A stretch of DNA of 63,988 nt, the filler included, from Klebsormidium nitens (taxonomy: Eukaryota > Plantae > Klebsormidiophyceae), in the NCBI GenBank assembly GCA_000708835.1. It is 7 parts of 7 records of this genome, joined end to end, with 100 filler letters (N's around TTAATTAATTAA, not from the genome) between each part and the next. Parts side by side here need not be neighbours in the genome. Positions count along the whole stretch, not along the records: positions 42,062 to 53,026 come from DF238176.1; positions 53,127 to 57,467 come from DF238512.1; positions 57,568 to 59,974 come from DF238389.1; positions 60,075 to 62,454 come from DF238698.1; positions 62,555 to 63,988 come from DF237711.1; 2 more parts are not named here. One strand, written 5' to 3'. The number at the start of each line of letters is the position of its first letter. Position 1 is the first letter of the stretch. The notes beneath the pieces are model-generated. The model did no database searches. It was given only the letters and a program-made list of their open reading frames with translations, and had not been told where the DNA came from. Shown piece by piece: positions 51,856 to 62,584 of the stretch. The translations under genes and the position numbers were made by a program.

Positions 51856-53026
51856 ATGGCCCCCATACCGGCTGGAACCCTGCGCTACACAATCCCAATA
51901 TTAGGGATCCTCTATGCGTTGGGGCTCTTGAGAGGAATATGGTCCGCAACCATAGAGGAGATCGACGACCACGTCCGGGGCCCGCTGTGGAACCAGACAA
52001 GCATCATGATCAGCGTCAAGTTATCAGGTCGGATCCCCCCAGAGATTGGCAACCTGACCAACCTCACCTCCCTCGACCTCTCCTACACTAACCTATCTGG
52101 CCCCATTCCTCCCGAACTTGGCCGCCTGACCCGCCTGACCAGCCTCGACCTCTCCTCCAACGACCTCTCTGGCCCCATCCCCCCCCGAGCTCGGCAACTT
52201 GACCTTCCTCACCTCGCTCTCCCTCTCCTACAACGAGCTGTCCGACCCCATCCCCCCCGAGCTCAGCCGCCTGACCAACCTCGCGGTTCTCCACCTATCA
52301 TCCAACAACCTCTCCGGCTTCATCCCAGCCGGGCTTGGCCGCCTACCCAAACTCAGGTCCCTCGACCTTTCCTCCAACGACCTCTTTGGCCCCATCCCCA
52401 CCGAACTCGGCAGCCTGACCAGACTCGAGTACCTAGAGCTTTACGACAACGGCCTCACCGGCCTCATCCCCCCCGAGCTCGGCCGCTTGACCACACTCAG
52501 GTCCCTACAACTTTTTGACAACGGCCTCTCCGGCCCCATTCCCCCGGAGCTCGGCCGTCTAACCGGCCTCACCCTGCTCTCCCTCGGCTCCAACAACATC
52601 TCCGGCCGAATTCCTCCAGAGATCGGCAGCCTGAGTGCCCTCAAGTGGCTCCGCCTCTCCTCCAACGGCCTCTTCGGTCCCATCCCCGCCGAGGTCGGCA
52701 GTCTGTCCAACCTCTCCAGCCTTGACCTCTCCGGCAACGGCCTCTCCGGCCCCATCCCCCCCGAGCTCGGCAACATGACCGCCCTCACATACATGCTCCT
52801 CTTTTCTAACGAGCTCTCCGGACCGATCCCCCCCGAGCTCGGCCGCCTGACCCGCCTCACCTTCCTCCTCCTTTCTCGCAATGGCAACGGCCTCTCCGGG
52901 CCCATCCCCGCAGAGCTCGGCCTCCTCACCGGCCTCACCGACCTCTCCCTCTCCTTCAACCGCCTCTCCGGCCCCATCCCCCCGGAACTCGGCCGCCTGA
53001 CCGGCCTCACCTCCCTCTATCTCAAC
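51856..53026 (+). CDS. LRR receptor-like gene copy 3, 3'-truncated by the contig end; +1 frameshift in a C8 run near 52179-52186
   Basis: It has the same signal peptide and N-cap as copy 2 ([12 protein letters not shown]...[11 protein letters not shown]). The LRRs continue in ORF 52199-53074 after the frameshift. Confidence 0.85.
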
Positions 53027-53126
53027 NNNNNNNNNNNNNNNNNNNNNNNNNNNNNNNNNNNNNNNNNNNNTTAATTAATTAANNNNNNNNNNNNNNNNNN
53101 NNNNNNNNNNNNNNNNNNNNNNNNNN

Positions 53127-53320
53127 GTACCAGCATTGGTCGTTAGGTTAGCATACAGCGTGAACGCATCTAGGTTCACGATGCTGTTCTCAGGTAGGGT
53201 GATGGAGATCGTATCCCCTGCATTAGCCTGGACGGGCGTTTGAGGGTACAGAAGGAAAGTATTCCTAGAAACGTTGTCGAGCTTCTCAAGATAATATTTA
53301 AGGACAGAGGGATACGACAT
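53127..53320 (-). CDS. N-terminus of a putative Polinton-like virus / virophage-type major capsid protein, truncated by the contig end
   Basis: MSYPSVLKYYLEKLDNVSRNTFLLYPQTPVQANAGDTISITLPENSIVNLDAFTLYANLTT resembles, from memory, the PLV double-jelly-roll MCP N-terminus. It is intronless and lies downstream of a fibre-like gene. Confidence 0.6.
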
Positions 53321-53365
53321 GTTTTATAAATTGACTGTAGATAATTATTCAGCAGTTGACATAGA

Positions 53366-53938
53366 TCATTTTTTCCCCTTCTTAACCCACGGGAAATTTG
53401 TACCGAACTTTTCATTCAACTTGTCGAAAAGATGTTGATCAACTTGCCTGAATGGTCGTCCCTTAACCGTTCGAACGTCCTCGAACGATTCAGCGACGAT
53501 TAGAATCTGATTCTTCTCTAGCGCGGAGAGTGGCGAATTTGGAGCCAATGATTTCCATCGACTCTTTAAGGTATTGAAATGAGTTCTGGAAAGCCCTGGC
53601 GATTCTTCTTCTTCCTCAACTAGTGGTTTTTCGTCTTCTACTTCTTCTACTTCTGGCTCCTTCGGCTTCTCTCGCTCCTTTGGCTTCTCCTCTTCCACCT
53701 TCTCTTCTTTTTCTTTCTGTTTCTTGGTGTACTTCTGAGCCAATTTGAATAGCTTCTTTATGTTGGTCTCCATGCTGTCGCTCTTGATGTAGTCCGCCCA
53801 AGGACTCTCGATGCTTTCGAAAGGCTGAATGAATGGCGTGTCTCTCGTGTAGGTGAACTTCCCCACCACGCCTCCACCGAGCCGAAAGAAGGGATTCTGC
53901 TCTTGGCACTCCTCGCAACACTCTTCGAAGGATTTCAT
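53366..53938 (-). CDS. Hypothetical 190-aa viral-type protein with a Glu/Lys-rich central region
   Basis: Intact, intronless ORF packed tightly between the fibre gene and the capsid-like gene. Confidence 0.6.
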   Translation of the reverse strand: MKSFEECCEECQEQNPFFRLGGGVVGKFTYTRDTPFIQPFESIESPWADYIKSDSMETNIKKLFKLAQKYTKKQKEKEEKVEEEKPKEREKPKEPEVEEVEDEKPLVEEEEESPGLSRTHFNTLKSRWKSLAPNSPLSALEKNQILIVAESFEDVRTVKGRPFRQVDQHLFDKLNEKFGTNFPWVKKGKK

Positions 53939-53953
53939 TAAGGTAAGCGGAGA

Positions 53954-56900
53954 TTAAAGTATTCCCGTGTAGATGAAAGTGCCATACAGTTGCGGGCTGC
54001 CTGTTATTGAATTCATTGTTATAACGAGCTGATTGAAGGAGTTAATTGAATAACTGCCGATCGACATTCCATTGTTATAGAAATTTTGCTGAACGTATGT
54101 TGCTACCTGACCCACCTGTCGACTGATATAGATGGAAACCATGCAAGATCAAGGGTATGTGATGTTTCGAGTCTTTACAAAGAACTTTAATTCGCCCATG
54201 GAAGTTACTAAAGTACTTCCCCAGATCGGTGAAAGGTCTATCGTCCCAGTTAGACCAGAGAAGGCTGTGTATGTACCTGATACAATGACCGGTCCTTGAC
54301 CAGCGTTTGACCAAGCTAGAGCATTGAGGGCATCCGTTCCAATTGAATATGTACTGGCGAAAAAACTCGTGGTAAGTGTCCGTTCACTGCAGTTCTCACC
54401 GAGTTGCCACTTGTAGCATTGACCGTAGTAAGACCACCCGAACTTTGCGTAAGTGCATAACCCGTAGTGTTGTGGTTGTTCAAATGACTAAATGTGGCGT
54501 CGTTATTGAATACGTTGCTAGAGATTTGAGCAGTCTGGATAATCGCACCATTTCTAAATTTCGAACTACCATCGTCGTACAAAACGAGATTAGCAGTCTG
54601 TGCCGAGAACTTTCAACCAAACCATTTGAGGCTTTTGAGTACATAAAACTCCCGTCCCGTTCAGTTGTAGATAACCTTGTACGTTAAGTTGATTTGTCAC
54701 GTTTATCATGCCTCCCACATTGAGATTTCCAAGGTTTGAACAATTCCCGTTGGTATCTACGGAAAGGAGATTAGACCACGAAGTATAGTTAGAATTGAAA
54801 GGTTTGCATACATTGAAGGCAGCCGCAGAATAGGTTCCACTAATTACCGCTCTGACCTGTCAGGCTCCAGTCCACTGACCAAATCCATACCTATCTGCCC
54901 CACCATAATTAGCCACTGTCATCCATCCAGGATCTGAAGCAGGGAATTGAAGTCCTCCAGTGGCACATGTTGCCACTCCGTTGACACAATTGCTTGCATT
55001 GATTGCAGCATTCGAAACGGTGGTAAAAGCGGCGGAGGTATTGCTCAAAACCGCTGGGACGCCACTGAGATATGAGTAAGCGAGCGAACCCTGCAAGGTG
55101 GTGCAATTGACAGTCCCACCCACATCGAGAGTATAAGATGGTGATGCTTGATTAATTCCTACATATCCAGTTGAATATGGTATGGTAAGCGGGCGTAGAC
55201 TGTTCCAAGCACCGTTCGAAGTCGCCGAGAACAGCATGTAATAACTAGCACCATCATACGGTGGATCATGCTGTTGTTTGTAGCCCCATACCAATAACGT
55301 GCTTGTCCGTATCCATCGAACCCAAATGTACTGTTTGACGCAGACACTGATTTTTCAACGTAGAGGTTTCCCGTATCTGCTGTCAAAGACATCAAGCAAT
55401 TTTCTCCGTTGTTTTCCCATATAAAACCCTGTTGAGTGCCGCTACTCGTTCGAAATCTGATATGATAAGCGGTACGACCATCTAAAGAAGTGCATGCCGT
55501 ATTGCTTGCTGCACTCTTACCTGCTCCAGATTGACACATGTACATGCTCCAGTTTGCATCGTTAGCATCCCAAAATCTTAACCCTTTTAAATAACCAGTA
55601 TCGCTCTGGGTATTAATAGATGTTATACCATAACTCGTTAGCACTCCACCGTTCGACAGGTTTCCTGTTGCACTTAAAACGCCACCGACCTGCAAGTTTC
55701 CAGAGTTAGAGAGGGTTGCAGTGGTTAATGTATTGTTGACATTGACAATACCGTTCGAATTGATCGACATAGCAGTACTGAAAGATACGTAAGAACTCTG
55801 AAACGTTTTTCCGTAATTGAAGTTGAGACTACCCTGATACTTGTAGATTTGATAACTTGCGTTGCAACTTCCTGCCACTCAATTCGTACCATTGAAGTAA
55901 GAATCGAAATTCTGACTGATGTTATCGTGCTGCCAATTTAATTGTTGAAATAGAGGATAGTTGTCTGATGCTGGTACGCAATAAATATGCGAACCCGATA
56001 TGCTACCGTCAGTCCTGTTTTTCATAGCAAGCGTTCCAGCGTTAGATATCGATGTGTTGACTATCAAATTTGAAACGGTGAAAGCATTGACGCTAGACGC
56101 GTTTGAGAGTACTGCTGGAGCCCCAACAACGTTCGACCAACCAAGACTCGAACTATTTGCGAGAATACTCGGCACGCTCGTGAGACGCTAAGTTCCCAGC
56201 AAAGGTGGTCGCTACTGCAGTACCGTTTACCTCGAGAGGATAGGACGGGTTTGACTTGAAGATCTTGACACCAGTTGTCGTCCAATAAGCGGTCGCTGAA
56301 AGATTAGATTGACGAATACTGAAATTTGCTCCGTTTGTTGACGTTGCCAAAGCACCGCCAGACCACCCATAAAGGACGGGTCCTCCTACACTCTTGAAAT
56401 TTGAGTTAAACGTATTTAAAGCAGAACTGTAAACAAGACCTTTGTTTCCGTCATCTAAATACAAACAATTTTGAGAAATTGCAACGGTGTTGTTGTTAGA
56501 CTGAACTCCTGATACAGTAAGACCAGTTTGTACCGTAAGATTTGAAATGGTTGCCGTATTGATTGCCCCGTTATTTGATAGCAAACTCGGTAGATTGCTC
56601 ATATACGTCCAGTCGTGACTCCCGCGTAGGACAGTCGCATTCAACGTACCGTTGACGTCCACTTTGTACGATGGTGTAGTCGTTCCTACGCCGAGATTAA
56701 TAGACGGGTCGATTCTTACTTTTTCTGATAGAGTGCTAGTGTTCGATGCTGTGGTCGAAAAGGCAATATATGACCCGTTAGATCCGAAAAGTTGGTTTTC
56801 AGAGCAAAAAGCGTCTATGCCCACGTTGCGAATGAAATCCGCATTTGACGTGTATGACGAACATCGGAAAGCGAAGATCGAGTCCCCAGCAAGTAAGTTT

Positions 56901-57231
56901 GAGGGTGCTACCACTGTTTCTCTTGCACGTTTCATCCTCTGTATGACTCCGTCGACAGCAGAATACTCCGCAATGGTAAGAGATTCGAGTTATTTGAATC
57001 AATAATATCGAGGGCGGACGCTGGTGAAGTGTTCTGAATCCCTAACAGTCCTCCAAATATCGTAGTGTTGCTGTGATTTCCCGATAATGCTGCTGCTGTG
57101 AGTGTCCCGCCTACTGTAGCATCCGTCGATGTAACGGCACGACTGCGCACCGACTTCTGGCTGCGCGCCAAACTCGCGGCCGCGCATCGTCCGTTATTAT
57201 ACGCTATCGACTTATTTGATATATCAATCAC
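53954..57231 (-). pseudogene. Fragmented viral fibre / tail-fibre-like gene
   Basis: Consecutive ORF fragments carry repeated fibre motifs (LGIQNTSPASALDI, LGVGTTTPSYKVDVNG, SNPSYPLEVNG, VGINQASPSYTLDVGG) in Ser/Thr/Asn-rich sequence. They are broken by several frameshifts and an in-frame TGA at 55879-55881. Confidence 0.75.
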
Positions 57232-57938
57232 TACACGACACGTGTCTGGGTTACTGCTTCACCGCGTGACCGTCCGATAAGACCCACGTGCACCGCGTGC
57301 GAGGGAACCGTCCGATGAGCTTTCGAGACTAAGCTTATGGCCGGCCGAGCACCGAAGCTTCTAGGCTGACACGTCGCGCTGCAGACTCAGACTCTTATGC
57401 GAAGCTTCTAGATATAAGATGAGCTTAGGTATAAGATCTGTGGTCAAGCTTGCATCATGATATAGTGNNNNNNNNNNNNNNNNNNNNNNNNNNNNNNNNN
57501 NNNNNNNNNNNTTAATTAATTAANNNNNNNNNNNNNNNNNNNNNNNNNNNNNNNNNNNNNNNNNNNNACTCCGTTTACTGACATTGCTGTCTGCGCTTCG
57601 CAGTTCCGCGCCCCCAGGAACATTTCTCGGCGCGCCTCCAATCTGCGGAGCCGCACTCGGTGCCCGCGCTGGAGCTGCCCCCCCTCCCGGCCGCCCCGCC
57701 CGACCTGCCCCCGCTAGCCGCGGCGCATGCGCGCTGGACCGCGCTGGCAGCATTCCCGCCTGAGGTCCCGTGCTTGCGCATCTTCCCCGCAGCCAAGACG
57801 GACGAGGTATGTGCAGCTTCCTCTCTCTGAGCAACCCAGGAAGGTGCGGGGTCCGCCCCGCTGCCTGCGGCAGGTTGCGGGCAGTGGCCAGGGCCAGCGT
57901 GGCCCTGACGGCCCCTCCGGTTGTGCGGCTGCGTGCAG

Positions 57939-59817
57939 GGCCTGAGCGGCGTGGAGCGGTGGGTGGTGGAGCAGTGCTGCGCGGATGTGCTGCGCTCCTT
58001 CAACGGCGCGCGCAAGGAGTGCACCGTCGCGCTGGCCACCCTGCCGCTGCCCTTCCGCCACGAGTACATCACCGCGGAGGCCGTCTTCTCCCAGGTGCGC
58101 CGCACCCACCCCCTCCTTGCTTCGCCGCTGCCTTCCTGCGCCGTGTGCTGTGTGCCTGGTGGTGCTGGGGGCGTGCTGCGGGCGGCTGCGTGACGCGCGC
58201 GCGGTGGCTGCAGATGCTGGCGCTGCCGGCGCCGCCGTTCCGCCTCGTGTTCTACGGCGTGGTGCTGATGGACCTGTGCAAGGCGCTGCCGGCCGCGTTC
58301 CCGGCCGTGACCGCGCAGGGCATCAAGGCGCTGTACGGCCGCCTGCCGCAGCTGGACGTGGAGGCGGCCACGCGGCTGGCCCACTGGATGGCGCACCACC
58401 TCTCCAACTTCGGCTTCACCTGGGCCTGGGACGAGTGGGCCCCCGCCCTGGTGCTCCCCGCCTGGCACCCGCAGCGCCGCTTCTGCGCCGCCGTGCTGGA
58501 GCGCGCGGTGCGCCTGGCCTACTGGGACAAGCTGCGCGAGACGCTGCCCGACGCGCTGCAGCCCCTCATGCCGCCGCGCCCGCACCCCGGAGTGCCGCCC
58601 GCAGAGGCGGAGGGAGGAGGGGAGGCGGCCGGCCTGGCGCAGCAGCTGACGGCGCTCGTGCGCGACAAGAAGAGCAGCAAGGAGGTGAGGGCGGGCCAGC
58701 AGGGGGAGAACTGCCGTCTCCTGGTTCCACAGGGCGCCCACTCCGTCCGATGCCGCGGAGGGGTGGCAGGCCCCTCCGTTGTCTTTGCACAGAGGCTCAC
58801 CGTGGCTCGTCTGTGCCGCAAAAATGCGGATCAGAGGTTCCCCGCTCGTCTGCTACTTGGCCCAGCATTCTCAAGCGCTGACGTGTGCGTGCCTGGCTGG
58901 CTGTGGCACTGGCGCAGGTGTCGGCGTGGCTGGACGGCGCGGTGCTGCCGGGGGCGGGCCTGGGCGGCGCGCTGGCCCTGGTGGCGCCCACACTGCTGGC
59001 CATCGGCGCCAAGACGCTGACGCACATGGTGACCATGCTGGAGCGCTACCAGCCCCTCCTCGCGCGCCTCGCCCCCGACCACTCCGCGCAGGCACACCTC
59101 GTGGCCCTTGCCGCAGACTTCTGGGCCGCCTTCCCGCAGGTGACCCCCCCGCGGCGCCTCACAGCACCCGCTTGCCGGGCCGCCTCGTTCGCCTAGCTTC
59201 CTGCCACCCTTGCCTCCTTCGCGCAGCCTCTTGTCGGCTGCAGTATGCGCCTACTGTCGCAATCGCGCTGACGTGCCCCCCCGCTGCTGCGCGTGCTGCA
59301 GATGGCGTGCATCTGCATCGACCGCCTGATGGCCTTCCGCCTCGTGTCCAACCTGGCCATCGCCGACTGGGCCTTCTCGCCGCCCCTCCTGCCCACGCTC
59401 CACACCAGCGACCTCGCCTGGGAGGTCAGCCCCCGCGTCCCCCTCGCTTGCCCCCCTGCTCGTGCCTGCCTGCACCTTGCCCAGCGCTATGCGATGTTCG
59501 CGGCGGCCGGCCGGCCCTGCTCTGCTGCGCTCCCTGCACCGCTGTGCGCTGTGCAGTGACGGGGGAGGGCGGTGTTCCTGCAGGTGGTGGGGAGGGCCCT
59601 GGCCCAGACGGGCCACCGCGCGGCCGACCTGGCCGCCAGCCTGGCCGACGCGCACAGCACCGCGGCGGCCGCGCAGGAGGAGGCGGCGCGCCTGGCGTCC
59701 GCAGTGGGGCTGGAGGCGGAGGGGGCGGCGCAGCGCGCGCAGGAGGCGGCGGCGGCGGCAGAGGAGGCCACGCAGGTGAAGGCGGCGCTGCACGCGCGGG
59801 CGGTGCAGGAGCAGGAG
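57939..59817 (+). CDS. NCBP1: Nuclear cap-binding protein subunit 1 (CBP80/NCBP1/ABH1), internal fragment with at least 5 exons
   Basis: FNGARKECTVALATLPLPFRHEYITAEAVFSQ|MLALPAPPFRLVFYGVVLMDLCKALPAAFP...WMAHHLSNFGFTWAWDEW matches the CBP80 MIF4G-like core. Introns are short GT-AG. Confidence 0.9.
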
Positions 59818-60074
59818 GTGAGGGACAGCCAGGCCGGCGGCCCAGACACGCTGCTCCTCTTCCGCTGCTCTGTGTGCTCCGTCCAGCATCAGGCAACCGG
59901 GCAGTGCGGGATGCCTCACCAGTCCCGCCCGCCAGACCGGGAGCCTTCCTCCTTGCCTCCCGGTGGATACCCTGNNNNNNNNNNNNNNNNNNNNNNNNNN
60001 NNNNNNNNNNNNNNNNNNTTAATTAATTAANNNNNNNNNNNNNNNNNNNNNNNNNNNNNNNNNNNNNNNNNNNN

Positions 60075-61916
60075 TATCGTAGCGCGCTCCAGCCGTCGTC
60101 AGCGCCCCCTTCTTGCTCTCCACCTGCCATGGTCGGCCGCAGGGCGAGAGCACCTCGACGGGTCTTGGAGCGCAGAACTGATTTGCCTTGTCCCGCCGCC
60201 GAACGCCCTCTTCGCCCCATCGTTCGCAAAGGCTCGTGACATTCGCTCCACCCCGGCTCATGACCGTGTCAATCTTTTGTGGCTGTGGCCCATGTCCAGC
60301 GCCGCAGCCGGAAGGCACTGCCAATGCTCGAGGGCCTCTCGGTGGGTGCACGCAGCTTTTGAGTCCGGCCGCCGGCACGCGGGGTTGTTACAGACCAAAA
60401 GCCTCCTTGTCCCCGCTTCTCGCTGCTCAACCCTTTCTGCCCGCCTCTCAGCAAGGGTCCGCGTAGCCTCGCTCCCTCCTCCATCAGCTGCGCGCTCAAT
60501 CAAGGGCACGGATTGCTTCGAGAGCACCCTCAAGAGGTGCCGGCACCGCTCTGAACCCGTGCAGTCGACGCCGCTGCAATGCGCATTCTCTCCCCAGAGC
60601 ACGCAAACCACGGGCTCCTCTCCAGGGTTGTTCACGACGATCGCTCGAAGTTGCGGCCCCCCTTTCCAAGCCTCCGCGTCTAGCCCAAAGAGAGCACCCC
60701 CCACGCACCCCCCTTGTTCTAGCGGCAACACCCAAGGCACGCCGCTTGTGACTTCCCGCACGAAGGGACGGCTCTCGTCAAAGGCCGTGAAGATGGCCTC
60801 CCCGCCCTGCCACCAGCCGCTCACGGAACGGGTCGCCTCCAGGAACCCCACCTCGTGGTCCCGGCACGCCTTTTGACCGCACAGGCACCGGAAGCTGCCC
60901 ATGTGGTCGACCTTCACAAGTCGGGGGACGTTACTGAGCCCCCGATCCGTGGCAGCAATGTCCAGGAGGCGCCCACTTGGGACGTCGAGCAGGGGCAAAA
61001 GGAAAAGGCCGGGGGCAACCGCAATCGGAGGGATCTTGCTTCGCCTCAACTCCGACAAAACGGTCACTGTGCCGAGCTCCCGTGGGCTCGGCCCCTCCTC
61101 GAGCGCCCTCTTAACACCGTGCCTTGCCGGAGCAGCCGTCTTAGATTCGCGGCAGTATGGGCAGGCGGCAAGGTCCCTCCTCTGGACGAAGAACTGGTAG
61201 CCGCCCTCGCTTCCCACCTCCCCTAACCGTACTACCTCATGAAGCTCTTTCGTCTTGGGGAACACTTCGTACTTGGTGAAGAGCTCTTCCTGAGGGACAG
61301 GGCCCCCGGTCGCGCTCGAAAGAAATGGGCTCCCCTCTTCGTACTGAGCCTCCACGCACCGCAAACACAGGAGGTGCCCCCCTCCACCTCGGCAAATCAG
61401 TGCCCCACCCCGGTTTCGCTTCCGCTCCCAGATGAAGGGTTCGCTCCCTCGAGCGTAGACCGCCCCTTTTCCGCCACAGGTGCGCCCGATGCACGTCGAG
61501 CCGAATCCGCCTCGAGCAAAGGCCCCTGTAGGCCGCAAGCTGAAGGCGAGTCCGTAGTCGATCGCAAAGTCGGCGGCACCCTGCTTGGCCGCATAAGAGG
61601 GGCGGCCTCCTCGCACGCCCCCGGCATTCGGCAAGGGCGGCGGCACGGCTGCCGGGACGGTCCGGATGTCGCCAAAGACGGGGGCCGGGCCTTCGAAGTG
61701 GACTGCCGCACAACTCCTGACGGCTTGACCGGCCGCTAGGGTATCGTGCAGGCTCGCTGAGGCCGCTGGGGTGGTCGAGGCGATGAGCACGACGGCAAAC
61801 GGTTCTTTCTCGTCACGGGATGCCGTAACGAGATTCATCCTGGCACCGGACAGAAAGCTTTGAGTTTGAGCAGATTTCGATGGCCCTAAGTCCCGACGAC
61901 CTTCTTGGGATTGCAA
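60075..61916 (-). CDS. Intronless Cys/His-rich protein with SWIM-like zinc-finger motifs, possibly the N-terminal part of a CxC/KDZ-type transposase; frameshift near 60260
   Basis: The motifs are FRCLCGQKACRDH, CSGVDCTGSERCRH, CNNPACRRPDSKAACTH and CPYC. Another frame continues with FCAP...PCGRPW to the contig end. No catalytic transposase motif is visible. Confidence 0.4.
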
Positions 61917-62152
61917 AGGGGGCGACTCTGTTTTGGAAAGAAACGACCGTCTTTCCGAACTCCTTCCGTCACGCGAGCCATGCTTGTAGCTTACTGACCA
62001 CGCTTATTTGCAAAATTTGTACCATAGCGGCAGCACGTGACTCTGTTGGCAAGGAACGGCAAGGTCTGGCAGCGACTTGAGCCGCAAAGAATGGGCCTTC
62101 ACAATTCAAGCAAAGGCTCAGCGCTCTTTCATAATTCTCGTAGACGATCAGT

Positions 62153-62454
62153 CCGGCCATACCCTGCAGCTTGCATGTGTACCAAAAAAGGACCCGTTAG
62201 ATTCTTTGAATGTAATACAGCGTTTCTTGGTACAGAACTATTGTGCGCTGGATGGAACGGTTTGTGTGCTTGATGGGGAAGGCCGGCCATACCCTGCAAC
62301 TGGAAGGTGTACCAAGAAATCACCCATTTGATTCTTTAGAAGTAATACAGCGTTTCCTGGTACAGGCCCATTGTGCACTGGATGGACGAAAGTCGGGGCC
62401 GGCCATACCCTGCAACTTGAAGGTGTACCAGGAAAAGACCCATTGGATTCTTTA
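62153..62454 (+). repeat. Tandem repeat of ~117-129 bp, about 2.5 copies, cut by the contig end
   Basis: CCGGCCATACCCTGCA...GTGTACCA...GATTCTTT starts at ~62153, ~62282 and ~62399. Confidence 0.9.
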
Positions 62455-62584
62455 NNNNNNNNNNNNNNNNNNNNNNNNNNNNNNNNNNNNNNNNNNNNTT
62501 AATTAATTAANNNNNNNNNNNNNNNNNNNNNNNNNNNNNNNNNNNNNNNNNNNNTTGACTGAATATGGAGCCTCTTCGTGAGTC

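Noticed and set aside
42323-53010. Long antisense and alternative-frame ORFs over the LRR genes (e.g. 42394-43350, 47224-48342, 52441-53010)
   Set aside because: They are shadows of GC3-biased repetitive coding sequence and of N runs.
57575-60030. Several 300-400-aa ORFs on both strands over the CBP80 contig
   Set aside because: Extreme GC content suppresses stop codons, and the spliced CBP80 model explains the region.
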